Positions 1 through 13,129 of a stretch of 64,000 nt of DNA are shown piece by piece. The notes under the pieces are model-generated. The model saw only the letters and a program-made list of their open reading frames with translations. It searched no databases and was not told the DNA's origin. The stretch is from Oculina patagonica (lineage: Eukaryota). The number at the start of each line of letters is the position of its first letter. Within the stretch, counting starts at the first letter, position 1. The stretch is from the NCBI RefSeq assembly GCF_052425735.1, contig NC_135761.1, positions 39,184,001-39,248,000 on the forward strand. Direction: 5' to 3'. The position numbers and the translations under genes were made by a program.

Positions 1-1140
1 CAAATTAATTCTCTTGTATTTTCTGGAAATCAAGGAATCCTTTCCAAACCAGTCCGGTCAGGAATTAATTCTATTCAATAACAAAGATATTCTAATCAAC
101 AGTCGCACTATTTTTTATAGGGACTGGTTTAATCGAGGCATTTATCTCGTGCGAGACCTTCTAAAATCAGATGGAAAATTCCTTTCTTACACAGAATTTG
201 TTCAGAAATATGATCTTAGATGCAACTTTCTCATTTATTTTCAAGTAGTTTCTGCAATTCCCCGGCATCTTGTAGAACGTGCGATGTCATACCCCGTAGA
301 CAGAGCAGGTTTGTTGTCTAGCACTATGTTTCACCTCTCCCCAGAGACCTCCATCAACTTAACCAAAATGAAAAACAAAGATTACTATCGGCTCCTCGTA
401 AATAAAGAGCAAATTGAACCGAAGGCTACCTCCAAATGGGAAAGAGACTTGCAAATTGGTCAAGCATCTCTACAACCTTTTTTTAGTCGCGTAAGAAACG
501 TATGTAGAGATAATAAGCTTAGGGAATTTTATTTCAAACTCTTACACAGAATAGTAGTCACCAAAAAGGAACTTTTTCTTTTTGGTGTGGCAGAGGACGC
601 AAAGTGTCCATACTGTGATTTGAATGACTCCATAATTCACACTTTCTACAACTGTAATTGGAGTCAATTATTCTTCGCAGAGGTTATAAAATGGTTTAAT
701 AAAGAAAATGCCACCTCTCTTACCCTCTCTCCAACTGAATTAATTTTTGGTAAGGACAAGGATAACATAAACAAAGAAATAGATATCATTAGAAAGTTAA
801 ACTTCACCTTTTTATATGCAAAATATTATGTATACAATCAGAAATTATTGAATGGAAAGCTGTCATTAAATGAATTCTTAGCCAATGTAAAATTTAAATA
901 CATCTTAGAAAAATTTAATTGTAGTTAAAGCGAATTATTTGAAATAAGAGTGTACTGTAGGATGAGTAATAGCGTGTATTAATATTGATGATGTATTGTA
1001 ATTTCTCATTTAAGATCTAGTGTGCTAATAACTATACTATACTTGTAAGTTTTTTTTCTTTTTTTTCAATTATTGTATTTGTTTATTTTTACGTTATTCT
1101 GTGTGTATTTTTTTTCTATTGAAATGAATAAAAAAAAAAA
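1..1140 (+). mobile_element. 3' end of L1/Tx1-clade LINE (ORF2 C-terminus with zf-RVT, 3'UTR, poly-A tail)
   Basis: Open frame to 928 with LREFYFKLLHRI...CPYC...HTFYNC (zf-RVT-type). AATAAA runs into an A-tract ending at 1140. Confidence 0.9.
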
Positions 1141-1252
1141 CACTAGATATTGATTAATATGCTAATAAATTTATTCGGTAAATTCACTTCAAATCATACA
1201 TTTAATTATACTTGATAATTATCACCAGGGGTACAGGCTTGAAAATTTGATT

Positions 1253-1426
1253 GTGTGGTTCCAGAGAATATCCATACCCCCCACGGTAGGGATTTGCCCT
1301 ATGACCCCCTACCCCTCTCAGCTTCATACATTGCTTTAAAGTTTTGGGTCTTTGTGACCCCCTTCCTCCCCAGAATTTCCAATCTCTTCTGTGGAGGAGG
1401 AGTATGGATATTTTCTGGAGCCACAC
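1253..1426. mobile_element. MITE, PIF/Harbinger-like
   Basis: TIR GTGTGGTTCCAGAGAATATCCATAC / GTATGGATATTTTCTGGAGCCACAC; ATT on both flanks (3-bp TSD). Confidence 0.85.
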
Positions 1427-2386
1427 ATTAGAACCTTGCTTAAAGGGCAACTCTCGGCTAGAAAACCCTATTTCAGGAAACGTTTTGTGCCAGCGGGAAG
1501 ATCCGCAGAGCATCATGAATCGGGAGAAGGATCGGCAGAAGGGGCTGATCAACCACCTTCTCGCCGTCATCGCAATCTTGATAGTGAAGAATGGTGAGTG
1601 TCTAGCTGTCCTTGAGCAATTGCTAACTGCAAAAGCATCAAGTAGTTGATTGATTTTATAACGTTTCAATTAACTAGATTTTAAAAAATGTGCAGTTTTA
1701 TTATACATGTTTTCATTCATGAACTGTGTGTCTGGTCTTGATCTTTACTTTACTCTGGCCCATCAGAGCACTCGAAGTAAAACCCGTCTCAAATCAATTT
1801 TTTAAACAAAAAGCCTTTCATAGAAATAGTTATAAATAAGTTCACGTATTATATTGAGTCAGGCACACGTTGCTTAACGCCGTTTGTAATTGTTCGCGAA
1901 AACTATAGAATTATTTTGTAAACAGACTTTTACACAGCCACATAGCTGTGTCATGGAGCGGACACGCTTATTTGTAAATCTCTTATCTTTTTGCCAAAAT
2001 GCCACCGTGTAATTTATCCGTATTAAATTTTGGTTTGTTTGCCTTTAAGAAATTGTACCCTGTATAGGTCATTATCCTTTCCTACCACACAGTTGCTCTT
2101 GTATAAATGATCTAATTTTCTCGTTTGTTGTTTTAATCTTGTTGTCATAGCCATACGTACCAAAACTAGGAAAATGAATTTTCTTTTACAAATATAAACG
2201 CTATAGTCAGTCATTCAAAACTCAAAATGCATTTAGTATTTGGACACATATATATTGTTGGGCTGGCTCAAAGTACTTTAGGCATTAGTATATAATACCT
2301 TCTCGCAATTTTTTCCTTCAGCAATCTTAGTCCCTTTCCGTTAATTAAATAGTCATACTGTTATTGATTGTTTACAACATGCTTGT

Positions 2387-2785
2387 GTGGTAACTGCTAA
2401 CAAATGTGGCAAGAAGAAGAGAATATTTGCTTCCAGGAAGTTGATGCAGCCAGTTGATGTTGAGAAGCTTGACAAGCCTCCTAAGTGTATTGTTGCTCAC
2501 CCTGGGTTTCAGGTAGTTTGCCTGAATCACTGGGTGTTACAAGCGGCATGGTTCCAGTACAAGCAACAGTATGGGAGAGCAGCGCACGAGAGACCTGAAT
2601 ATAAAAAAAGTAGGCACGTAGCCTACAGGCTGTTAGTTAGGTGGTGTTGGGGATCATTGGAGAAGGAAATAAGAGTTCCTTTAACCTCTTGCACAGTTAA
2701 CTGCATTCGGCTCATTTTTAATGAGCCTGGAAGGCTTGAAGATGACATGGTGTTTACAGGATTCCTTTATGCAGTTGCTCATTGA
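2387..2785 (+). CDS. P2X7 cytoplasmic ballast-like / Kolobok KolX-like domain fragment
   Basis: CIVAHPGFQVVCLNHWVLQAAW...RHVAYRLLVRWCWGSL..EIRVPLTSCTVNCIR motif. No P2X channel exons nearby. Confidence 0.8.
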   Translation: MVTANKCGKKKRIFASRKLMQPVDVEKLDKPPKCIVAHPGFQVVCLNHWVLQAAWFQYKQQYGRAAHERPEYKKSRHVAYRLLVRWCWGSLEKEIRVPLTSCTVNCIRLIFNEPGRLEDDMVFTGFLYAVAH

Positions 2786-4136
2786 TAAAGAGTGGGAGAT
2801 AAACAGAAAATAGTAGCATTCCATAAATTCAATGAACTCAATGTTAAAAATTTCTCAAAATAGTACTCACCCTATGCACAACTAATTTTGACAACGCCTG
2901 GCTTTTTCTTTTTGGTCTTGTGTAAAAGCAAGAAAAGAAGACTTCTTGAAGCTATTTTGACAAAGAAGAAACAAAAAAGGCACTACCTTTTAAGAGATGC
3001 ACACAGGGTAACCACCCTACCCACACTGGAAACCCAGAAAAAGAGAGAGAAAGAAAGGTGCAGCTAGGATGGAAGCATTTTAAAGATGAGTACACCCTTG
3101 TCCCACTTGCCGAGGGGAGAAGGAAGCAGACAAGAAGAGTTTCCACTATCAACCACTAAGCGGGAGTTGTTAAAAGCATGTTAAAGACATAAACAAAAGA
3201 CGAAATGGCCTGTGATCTAGCTAACTTGAAGAATGACAAAATTGAAGTAACTCTCGATGTTGCTGAAAAAGATGCAGGTTTTGTTACAAAAGTGCCCCAT
3301 TGTGACAAAAAAGCCCTGTACATGTTTCTTAAGTTCTCGATGTTATTACAAAACAGCTCACCTAATTAACCCGAACAAGACAAAGTTGCTGTTGCTGGGA
3401 ACATCACAGAGGCTTCAGCAACACCTTGGATGCTACAGAGAGTACATTGCCTCCCATGCAACTTCCACGGCATCCCAAGATATTTGACTCAGACCATGAC
3501 CTTGCACAGCTACTCATAAAAGAAACAAACTGTACCTATCACCACAGACCGATTATATTTTAGATCGAATTGAACAAGTAATCCTTGATTTCAAACTTGT
3601 AACAGTTTCATGCTTATTTACAGTGTAATTAGAGACCGTTCGTTTAAACCCTAAAATTTGTTATTTCTATTGGTTTTTACCTCTTTAACTCTTTATCAGC
3701 AGCGTGGATTTGATGGTCTTGAACGCTCTTGATTGGGTGTTGAGTTACAGCCTTCAGAGTTGATGACACTAAGCAGATATGGCCGCTAAAAGGGCTATTG
3801 TTGTGGAGGGAACACTCCAGGCAAACCGGCTGAAAAGGCAAAAGACCAGTCAACGCAAGGGACATCAATAAAAGCCTTTTCTCAGAAACCCAGAATGGTA
3901 CAAATAAGACTTTGGCTAAACGGGAATGGCCAGAGGCAGAAACCTCTGCAATTGTTCAGTTTATCTGCTTGTTCTGGAAGACGCATGTGGAAAGACACCT
4001 GGCCCATGACAGGCGATCAAGAATTTTAGGATACTTTGCAAGTGTATTCCACCAGACATGCAACTCTACGAGAACTGGTTTGTCATAGTAAATATTTTAT
4101 GGTAAAATGATAACTGTTGTTTTATTTCCAAGCAGT

Positions 4137-4275
4137 CAACATGGTGGGCGCCCTAGACATTAAAATTGAAGCAATTTTGAAGAAGCTAGAAAGGCTTGAT
4201 GTCATTGAATCTCAACTCAATGAGGTCCATACAAGAATGGCGAATATCGAAGAGACAAGAAGTAGATTGGACTTC
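4137..4275 (+). pseudogene. LINE ORF1-like coiled-coil fragment
   Basis: IEAILKKLERLDVIESQLNEVHTRMANIEET heptad pattern, cut off abruptly. Confidence 0.4.
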
Positions 4276-4772
4276 TGTTATGGCCCAGAATTTTTCCAAT
4301 TTCTCGTATTTCCACATGTCGCTTTGCCATCCAGCCTCCGTCAAATATAGTTCGATAAATTACCAAGCTCTGGGCCAAAAATCCTTGCAATCACCCGGTT
4401 TTAACGACCTAAACAGCTGCCGCGAATTTTCACATTCTACAAGGATCCCCCATCGTCAGAGGATGTGGCGCAAGGTTGGCGATCATAACGCCATTATCAA
4501 ATTCAAAGTTTAAAAAAGCCGAGGTCAGATTATGCATGCAAGCGACAAATGAACATTCTACCCTCCCTACAGTGCTAGGCGTGTGCAACGAAAAGACATT
4601 CCCATGCAAACTCCCATGTGGGTCATTTGCCACTTCTGACTCGCCACCGGAAAAAGAAATCAACCAATCAGAAACGAAGGCCCCGAGCAAACCCAAACTG
4701 TTTGTATTGACAAGTCCAGGGAACGATTTCTGCACGTGTGTTTGACATGAATTTCTCCCCGGCAGTGTAAAA

Positions 4773-5975
4773 ATGCCAGAGGAAAACAGAGGTCTTACAG
4801 CCGAGCAGGAGTTGTGTTTAAGGGCTGCCAGTGCAGGGCATAATTTTTTAATACTCGGTGAGGCTGGAACGGGAAAATCCACTGTTATCGTCAACATATT
4901 CTGCCAATTTCATCGAGGTGGGAAAAAATTTCAAGTCCTATGTTCGACCGGGATCGCGTGTGAAGTGTTTGAAGATCGCTTGCCTGCATACCAAAAGCCG
5001 ATCACCATTAACTTTTTCCTTGGAATTGGAACTGCAGAAGGACCGTTCAACAATGTTATTAGCAAAGCTTGTCGGAATGAGAATGTTGAAAGGAGAATTC
5101 GGGAAATCAGAAGTATTGTTTTTGACGAGTGCTCCATGGGAAGTTCTCCGCTGCTGGAACTTTTTCACGTGACTACTGCCGCGTTGAGAGGTAGCAACAA
5201 GCTTTTTGGAGGTATACAGGTTATTGCTGTGGGTGACTTTCTGCAGCTAAAACCTGTTCCAAGTAGTTTCGATGATGGTGCCATGATGTTCCATTCAAAG
5301 ATTTTTCCAAAGTTGTTCCCTCACAGGATAAAGCTGAGAGTATTATACAGGAAGGAGAAGAAAGTTTTAGAAGTGCATTGAGGGAGCTTAGAAGAGGTAT
5401 GTGTTCTGAAGAATCACTTGCATTTAAAGGGAGGGTGCTTATTCGAGATAGGGCACTTATTAAATTTTTTGAGAACCAACAGAATTTTCAAAACAAAACT
5501 TAAAATAAATATTAAAATAACTAACAATAACAGAAACTGTAACAGTAACAAATTGTTAAAAGTCAGTTACTTTTAAAAGAATTGCTCATTTTAGCGGTAA
5601 ATATACTCATGCAGAGTATGGTGAATGTTCATGAGTTTGTCTGCGATAACTCACAATAAGAAAATCTTATAACAGTGGGGGGCGCTTATTAGAATGGGGG
5701 CGCTTATTGACTAAAACATATTCGGGGGAGCTATAAGGGGGCGCTTATTGCAAGGAGGGCACTAAATCGAATCATTATGGTATGTGATTAGACCTGTAAC
5801 CTGGTACAATGTCAATAAAGAGGGTAAGCAGGTGGGATAGAGGAAACAAATCCCCCTTAAGCTTGATAAAGCTGTTGTCAGCTGTTTACATGAATTCACT
5901 GGGGGATTACTTTACAAAGCATTCTCAAGGGTAAAGAAAGCTCAAGAATTGCAAGTCAGAGGTTTCAAGTCATTT
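4773..5975 (+). pseudogene. PIF1-family helicase, intronless and disrupted
   Basis: GEAGTGKS (Walker A), FDECSM, FGGIQVIAVGDFLQLKPV. After a MITE insertion, the C-terminal motif VI-like LYKAFSRVKKAQELQVRGF appears at about 5910-5965. Confidence 0.9.
5428..5782. mobile_element. Truncated GGGCGCTTATT-repeat MITE (same family as 56823-57231) inside PIF1
   Basis: Repeated GGGGCGCTTATT motifs; terminus GGGCACTAAATCGAATCATTATGGTA. Confidence 0.7.
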
Positions 5976-6253
5976 CATGGCCAAGACAGATCAGAGGAAA
6001 TTGCTGAAATCAACTCCCACTTGCAGCACTGTCTATTCCATGATGACAATTGTGAATGGCACAAGCCTATTGACTTTGCCTCCCTGACAACTATATCCTG
6101 CCGCCTGAACTTGATGAGGATGTTATGTTGGAAATTGTCAGAGGATTGTTTGATGGCAATGGTGCCACTAGTGATGATGTTGATGGTGGGATGGTCAATT
6201 TAATATGACCCTTAAAGACGTATTAGAAACCATGGAGGAGAAATGTGACCTTC

Positions 6254-6530
6254 CACTGGAAACGTACATTAACGACTTTGCGTTAAAGGCTTCAAATCGT
6301 TTGTTAATCATTCATTTGGCGTTTAAATCGTTTAGAAAATCATTAAAATTTTGTGCCTTGTCGTTATAATCGTTAGAGAAATCGTTTGAACTGTTTTCAA
6401 AGGTCGTTAAAGTCATCAGTAAAAGTCGTTTTGAAAGTCGTTGAAATTTTCCCTAAACAACGTTTAAAAAAGTCGTTCAATTTAAAAGTAAAGCGTCGAA
6501 ATTTCCTCTGAACGGCATTTGAAGCGTTGA
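6254..6530. repeat. Degenerate array of short (A/G)TCGTT motifs, like DNA-transposon subterminal repeats
   Basis: About 10 copies of AATCGTT/AGTCGTT spaced 10-30 bp apart. Confidence 0.5.
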
Positions 6531-7149
6531 TCGAAACCTCATTCAATCAGCTGGTCCGTTTTTGGTTAAGCGGTTAAAACTGAGCTCAATTTGATTGTTG
6601 GCAATCTACCATCGATCGATATTTACAATCTGCAGTCGACGGTACTGTTTGCAGAAAACATTTTTTCTGATAACATGTAATAATTAACATTGTAGTGAAC
6701 GAGAATGCAAGCAAGTAGCAATTCAAGTTTGTTTATTCGTTGAAAAGAAGTTAACATACATTACAAACATACCTTATTCCCCCGGCAACTGCTAAATCAT
6801 GACTAAATGAACTGTTCTGTTCAGCGAAACTTCTCACGTATGTGCCGAGCTTCGTATGTGAAATCGTTCGTTCCCAACACGGTAGCTACATTTCTAGTCA
6901 CAATTTCTAAGCCCTTTTCGATCAGCATTTTTGCAAACAACATCCCTTTTCAGAATTGGAGAATGTTTGAGAAACTGGAATTTATATTTTAACGTGATTG
7001 TCCAAAGGAACCACGTTTTCAACCAATCGCAGGCCGACCGCACGAAAACACTCGTCCCCGGGCCAATCCGCGTCATAGGTCGTTATAGCAATGGTTGATT
7101 GTTTTTTTAACTGTCAGCGTTTTGCATGTTTTATTAGAATCTCAGTAGA

Positions 7150-8297
7150 TATCGAACAGCGAGAAACAGAAAATCAAATGATGGAGAAAGTGAAAGAATT
7201 ATTAAAAGTTGGTTGCAAGTGCTCCCGAGGTCCAAAGGATGGTCCGTGTTCGTCTCAGTTTACCAAAGAAGAGATCATCACAAATTTAAATAATTGCAAC
7301 AAGCTGTCTTCTCGAGAACTAGACCTCGTAAATTTGTAAACGCAAGCCGTCACCCGTGTTAAAAATGTTGGACAGAAAAGAAAGAGAAGTCCTTGAAGTA
7401 ACTTTCTGTTCTAGTGAATGCCGATTTGTTGCGATATGTTTCTTATCTTGTATGGGATAAGCGACTCTCGCTTTGGCCGATTACGGGAACATTATGAGAA
7501 CAGCGGCCTTACATCGCGCACACATGAAAACACCAAACGGCTTCCTAAGAATACTCTTCCTTATGTGGTGAACAAGGATGTCAAATTATTTCTATCAAAC
7601 TATGCAGAAGAAAATGCAATTTCGCTTCCTGGAAGGATTCCTGGATACAAAGACGAGGATATTAAACTCCTGTCCTCCCATGAAACAAAGATCGGCGCAC
7701 TTTCGAAGTCGCGTGCAAAGCCAGGAAAAAGCAGGCTGTCAGCTATTCAAAGTTTGTGGAACTGTGGGAACAATTTTATCCCAACCTCGTGGTAGCAAAA
7801 CCAATGACTGATCTCTGCTTGACATGTCAGCAAAATACGACAAAGCTTCTTTCGAGCTGGGAATCTGCCTGATCGAGAAAAATCAGATTGCGTTCAAGAA
7901 CAACAAGAACATTTAAACTTGGGGTTGAGTGAAAGGGAACATTACAAAGCGGCATGCAAGGAGGCATCAGATACCTTCCAGGCAATCAAGAACACTATAG
8001 AATTAAGTGAAAAACGTGCACCATGTTCAACTCCAGGAACAATGCATTATTCCTTTGACTATGCACAACAGCTGCATTATCCGAGCAATCCCATGCAGCC
8101 CGGTCCCATCTATTTCAAGAATCCGCGAAAATGTGGGATTTTCGGTATAATATGTGAGACCATCCCAAGGCAAGTTAATTATCTCATCGACAAAGCTTCC
8201 AGCGTTGGAAAAGGTGCGAACTCGACTATTAGCTATGTTCACAATTATCGCAAATCATGGTCTAGGAGAAACGCACGTGCACCTTCACGCAGACAAT
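7150..8297 (+). mobile_element. Sola-superfamily-like (DUF7869-type) DDE transposase, degraded
   Basis: GCKC..C, AISLPGRIPG, KPMTDLCLTCQQN, MHYSFDYAQQLHYP..PGPIYF..PRKCGIFG, HLHADN, split by frameshifts. Confidence 0.75.
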
Positions 8298-8379
8298 TCA
8301 AGATTAAAGGATTTCTCTGGCCAGGCCAAAATTTACATACGACCACTTCAGAGAGATCTTGATGTGGACTATGAAGACC

Positions 8380-9890
8380 TAGCCTGCAAGCAGGCTCTCT
8401 ATTCAGGGGCAATGTGAATCTCTTTCTTCGAGAGCGCCAAAGGTAGATTTTCAGCGAGCGAAAGAGAGCCAGCACGTAATTCATTGAATTTCAATTCCAG
8501 CCGCTCCAAATGTGGCAACTTGTTGACAACTCGCCACATTTCCAATGTCAAATAACTACCCAATAGGGAGCGAGCAAAACATAAACAAACACGACAGAAA
8601 GTTGCACTTGGAGGTTTTCCCGGGATTACATCTTGATCTATATGGCTCTTCATGGAAGGATGAGATGATTGTGCGTTGACTCGGAAAAAATTTGAAAAAA
8701 GGGTGTTGCCGTATCTGCAAGTGCAGTTTTTTGGTAAAATATGGAACTGGTAAATCGGGTCAGTTGTCAAGTGAAAATTTATTTCGAGTTTCAAATCGTG
8801 ATGGAAGCCGCGGACATGTTATGTCTACGATGTGAGAACAAATTGGAATACAGTTCGTAAAATTGTTCTTTGTCCGACTGTGTGTGCAATTCGCGCACCT
8901 GAAAAATAAGGAACTTGTTCAGGCTCTTCAAGGAAATCAAAAGTGCAATGAATTTCGACTCATCAGTTGAGACTGGCAGCTCCCCTGCCTGAATTAAGTG
9001 ACAGCTTCCAACAACTGTTTCGACACGGACAGGAGTCCGTCTGACAGAAAAGTGTCACGAGCGAAAACAAAATCAACGCTGCCCACATCTCAAAAGTCTC
9101 TCTTTTCGGAACTTTGTGAGCGTCAAAAGGGGAATCGCGAGAGGAATCGAGCAAACCCTCTCATTCCTGTAATGGCGGTGTAAGCATGTCTACCAGTAGT
9201 GATTTACTTCTGCAACACATGAACATTAATGACCTTGTTGGAAACAATGAAACAATGGTGAAGGTTGTTGCAGTTTACACAAGCAGTCAAAAAATCTCGT
9301 GAGAAATGTTGTCTTCAAGAATTGGGAAGCTGTGGCAAATGGAATGTTTGGTCACGATGCGGTGCGAGAAGAGCTATTTGGTGCTTTACAAAAAGCAGTG
9401 GCCAACGAATTTAAAGAGTATAGCCTTTCAGACTCTGTTTTAAAAGGAACTGAACCTGATCAACTAGCTGGGTTTTCAGCCATGCTTGTGGCACTCGTTC
9501 GATTAGTTCTATTTCTCTATGTAGTGCAGTGGCTGCTGTATCCATAAAGTTTTGCAAACAAATAACGTTATCATTGTCTTTATTGTATGATAATCTAGAA
9601 TTGTTGGTGACAATGTGGATTTAGAAGTTCGTGTCAGAATGTAAACAAAAGAGCATGGGAATAAATCATTGTACTGGACCCACTAGTACGCAGAATTGGC
9701 CAGGTTTATCAATCCCACTGCAGAGTCCAAAACAGCACAGAGAGATGTTAAAGATGTACAGCTAATTGAATTACTCTGCTCTGAGGATGTTCTACAATCT
9801 TTAAAGAAAACATGGTCCATTCTTATCAGCAGAGTGTTATGCAAATACATTGGTGTGTGTGTGGTTATTGATAAACACATCACGTGTTAA
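8380..9890 (+). mobile_element. Academ DNA transposon, 5' part with transposase remnants
   Basis: Starts TAGCCTGCAAGCAGGCT (Academ-type TAG end). N-terminal CCRICKCSF/SSENLF. VGDNVDLEVRVRM*TKEHGNKSLYW at about 9603-9680 (DUF6589-type motif). Confidence 0.75.
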
Positions 9891-9974
9891 GGAATCATAT
9901 CGACTATTAATAAGTACACACATGTACTGTTCAATCACTTAGAGTCTTAATCAGTCCATGTACTGAATGAAAAC

Positions 9975-10715
9975 CTTACCTTACCAGCCATTGAAGCCCT
10001 GAACCTGGTATAAAAAGTTGAAGTAATCCATTCTGATGACAGCACAAGAATTGAGCAAAAAGTTAAAACAATGTACCCTAATTTGTTTAAATGTCTGGAA
10101 GAGCTGGAAGGAGAATTCAGACTCAAGTTGAAGCCTGGTTCAACACCTTACACGATTACAACACCAAGATGTGTAGCACTAAGGTCAAAGAAGAGCTACA
10201 GAGAATGGAAACCCTAAGCATCATTTCAAAGTTGACATACCAACCGATTTGTGTGCAGGTATGGTTGTTGTTCCAAAGCCTGATGGGAGAATTTGCATGT
10301 GTTCATCTAAGGAAACTCAATGAGAATGTGCTACAAGAGAAATATCCTTTACCTTCCTGTAAAGATTGACAACCTGTTGGCCCAAATCAGTGAATGGAAG
10401 TTCTTCACCAAGTTGGATTGCAATTCTAGATTCTGGCAAGAAACGCTCGATCCACACTCCTGCTTGATGACGACATTCATCACACCCTTTGGCAGATTCT
10501 GTTTCAATCGATGCCATTTGGGATCAAGTCTGCACCCGAACATTACCAAAAGAAGATGAGCCAAATATTGAAGGGATCCGAGGGTCACATTTCTATTATC
10601 GATGACATGCTCATCCATGCGAAAACCCAAGAGGAACATGACCGCCGACTCAAGGCAGTATTAAAGAAACTTCACAGCACTGGAACTACCTAAATGCAGA
10701 AAAGTGTGAATTTTA
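9975..10715 (+). mobile_element. Gypsy LTR retrotransposon pol fragment (RT), degraded
   Basis: KVKEELQRME, VVVPKPDG, FTKLDCNSRFWQ, TTFITPFGRFCFNR, MPFGIKSAPEHYQ, IIDDMLI. Confidence 0.95.
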
Positions 10716-10819
10716 GGTTAGAGTATGACACAAGAATATCCACAAGTCAATCCATTTCTACATCAAATGACATCAGTCGGAATGACCTTGTAGCAGCCTT
10801 AGAAAACAATGGTTGATTC

Positions 10820-11315
10820 CCTGGATAAAGACATCAAGTTTCTGGATGGTGATGGTGATTTTTGCATAGTAAAAACGTTATTCACTGCGACCTTAAGGTG
10901 GCAAATATATTAATTGGGGACAAAAGTGAGGGAGGGTACTTGGTGAAAGTTGGCGACTTCGACACAAACTTCAAACAGTTATAATTTCCATTTTGGTCAT
11001 ACCATCAGCAACAAACACTGGGAACTCGGCCATGTGTGCAGCCGCTTACACTACTCCCAAACTATTAGAACGTAATGCTCAACCATCGATTGAAAGCAAT
11101 ATTTATTGCCTGGGGATGGTCTGGCCTAGACTTTATGCCCTGGACTCCTTGGGAGGGAGAGGCTTCAAATTCTTCCATTATATGCAATTTTGTACGCAGA
11201 CAGGGACAGACCATTTCTGGAGAGGACCTGTCCGGTTTAAGTACAGATTGTTCAAGACAGTGGATGAGACTTCTGCAGGCATACTGGGATCAGAATCCAT
11301 AAAAAAGACCAAGTA
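10820..11315 (+). pseudogene. Protein kinase catalytic-domain fragment (TKL/Tyr-like)
   Basis: HSKNVIHCDLKVANILIG, VKVGDF, AAYTTPKLL, SNIYCLGMV, PWEG, WDQNP*KRP across frames. Confidence 0.8.
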
Positions 11316-12749
11316 GTACTGAAGTCGATGTCCAGATCTCTTCCCTTTCTAGCACAGAAGCACGCAACAGTTAAGCAAATGATGCAGAAGCAACGCCTGC
11401 ATCTACCTTTGCACTAAATGCAGATGACCTGCTTACAATTCCTCAAACCCTTGATGAAATAATCAAAAAGGGTTGCAGAGGAAATGATTTAGACACTTTC
11501 TAAAAAGCATCAACCCTTACTGGAATCACGCTGATTTTGTTGATGTAGATGTGGTGTTAAATAAGGACAAGGTGAACTACAAAGACAGTTTGATTCTAGA
11601 ACTGAACTTTGTAAATTCAAGCTGAAGTATCTACTTCTTGCTTTAATATTTGGTATTTAATATTCGCTATATTTTGCACGTTAATAATTATTATTTAGTT
11701 TTAATAAGTACATTAACTGTGTGTGTGAGTATAAGAAGTACAAAAACTGAATGGTTGAAATACAGTCTTCACCAACACTTTCGGACAAAAAGAAGTACTT
11801 GAAATCAGCATTAGCATCTATGGCCAATCGGAGGAAGGAAAAGCTTTTGCCATTTAACTCTGCCATCCAGTGGTTATACTAATAGGCATGCTGCAGTCTT
11901 GCCTTATTCTGTTAGATAGCCACAACGTGCCTAAAGAGGTTTGGAGGCTACAAATCCACTGTTAAATGCCAACATTGTAGTGCCACTATGAGCACAAAAA
12001 AATCTAATTGATTCATTATCACAAGTATAAAACTTGTGATAAAATGTTTGCAATGAACATTCAGATGTTGCGTTTCAGAGGCCAAATTTTGGAAATTTTT
12101 TTTCTGTTCTCATTCTAAACTAAAACACTGATTGGAATGACTTGCCTATTGTAGTCAGATAGTGTTCCACAGTTGACTCTTTTAAATCGAGACTAAAAAC
12201 TTTTCTTTTCAATAGCTTCTTTATTTGATTAGGTACAGAACTTAAATTTTAAAAAACATTGAGGCTCTGTCTTTTTGTTAAATGCGTTTTTAAGCACGTT
12301 TTTATTATTATTATTATAATTATCATCACTATTATTTATAGTTTGATTTAATAGCTTGTACTAATTATTTGTAGTCTGCAGAAAGGTCCAGTAATGCAAA
12401 GGAGCCACAGTTGAAAACAGCATTAAAGGTATGCAGGACATTATTACCTTGCATTGAAACTCGACCATTACGAATGCTGGTTGGCATAAGCAAACAAGGA
12501 GATTCAAGTTTTTTGACAAAAGCATCGCCGACAACAGACTCGGTCCCTTTTGTCAATTTCCAGGTTTTGTTACATGTTTCCAACAGGCCCCCAGATGCTT
12601 AAAACTGAGAACTCAAGCCCCAGGCAAGTATCTTGATCATTGTGCTTTAGATAGAGACCTAATAGTCTTCCAAGGCACATTAAAAAACATTCACTCTAAA
12701 TGGGGAAATTGACTTGGCAATACCTAATGTTATTGAGCAGTATAACATA

Positions 12750-13129
12750 GAATCAGTCAAACCGGTCACACTGTCATGCGGTCACTCAGGCTGCCAAGCG
12801 TGTATTGCTCAGCTACTGGCCATCGAGAACTCACCAAAATGCCCGCTCTGCCAAGATAGAATCCCAAGTGGGTCATCTTTAAACGTCAATTATTCGGTTG
12901 ATGGTATGACCAGCAGATACCAGGTCAAATGCACAAACCCGCGTTGTGAATGGGTGGGTACACTGGGCTCTACAGATGCACACTAGAACACCTGCGTCAA
13001 GGTGCAAGTTGAATGTGTAAATGATGGCTGCAACTATGTCACTGAGAGAGAACATATGGCGAGCCATTCTCTGCATTGTCTGAAAGAGAAAATCCCTTGT
13101 GCGGATTGTCAACCACATATTGGGCGTTG
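12750..13129 (+). pseudogene. RING finger plus TRAF-type zinc finger, intronless, premature stop
   Basis: PVTLSCGHSGCQAC..KCPLCQ, then VKCTNPRCEWVG..H*NTC..VECVNDGC..HSLHC..IPCADC. Confidence 0.8.

Noticed and set aside
3030-4080. Peptide scraps (RKVQLGWKHF; LINPNKTKLLLLG; EWPEAETSAIVQFICLFW, Myb-like)
   Set aside because: All are + strand and probably TE-derived, but too short to assign.
4773-5381. Helitron call for the PIF1 ORFs
   Set aside because: No Rep/HUH motifs or CTRR hairpin end identified.
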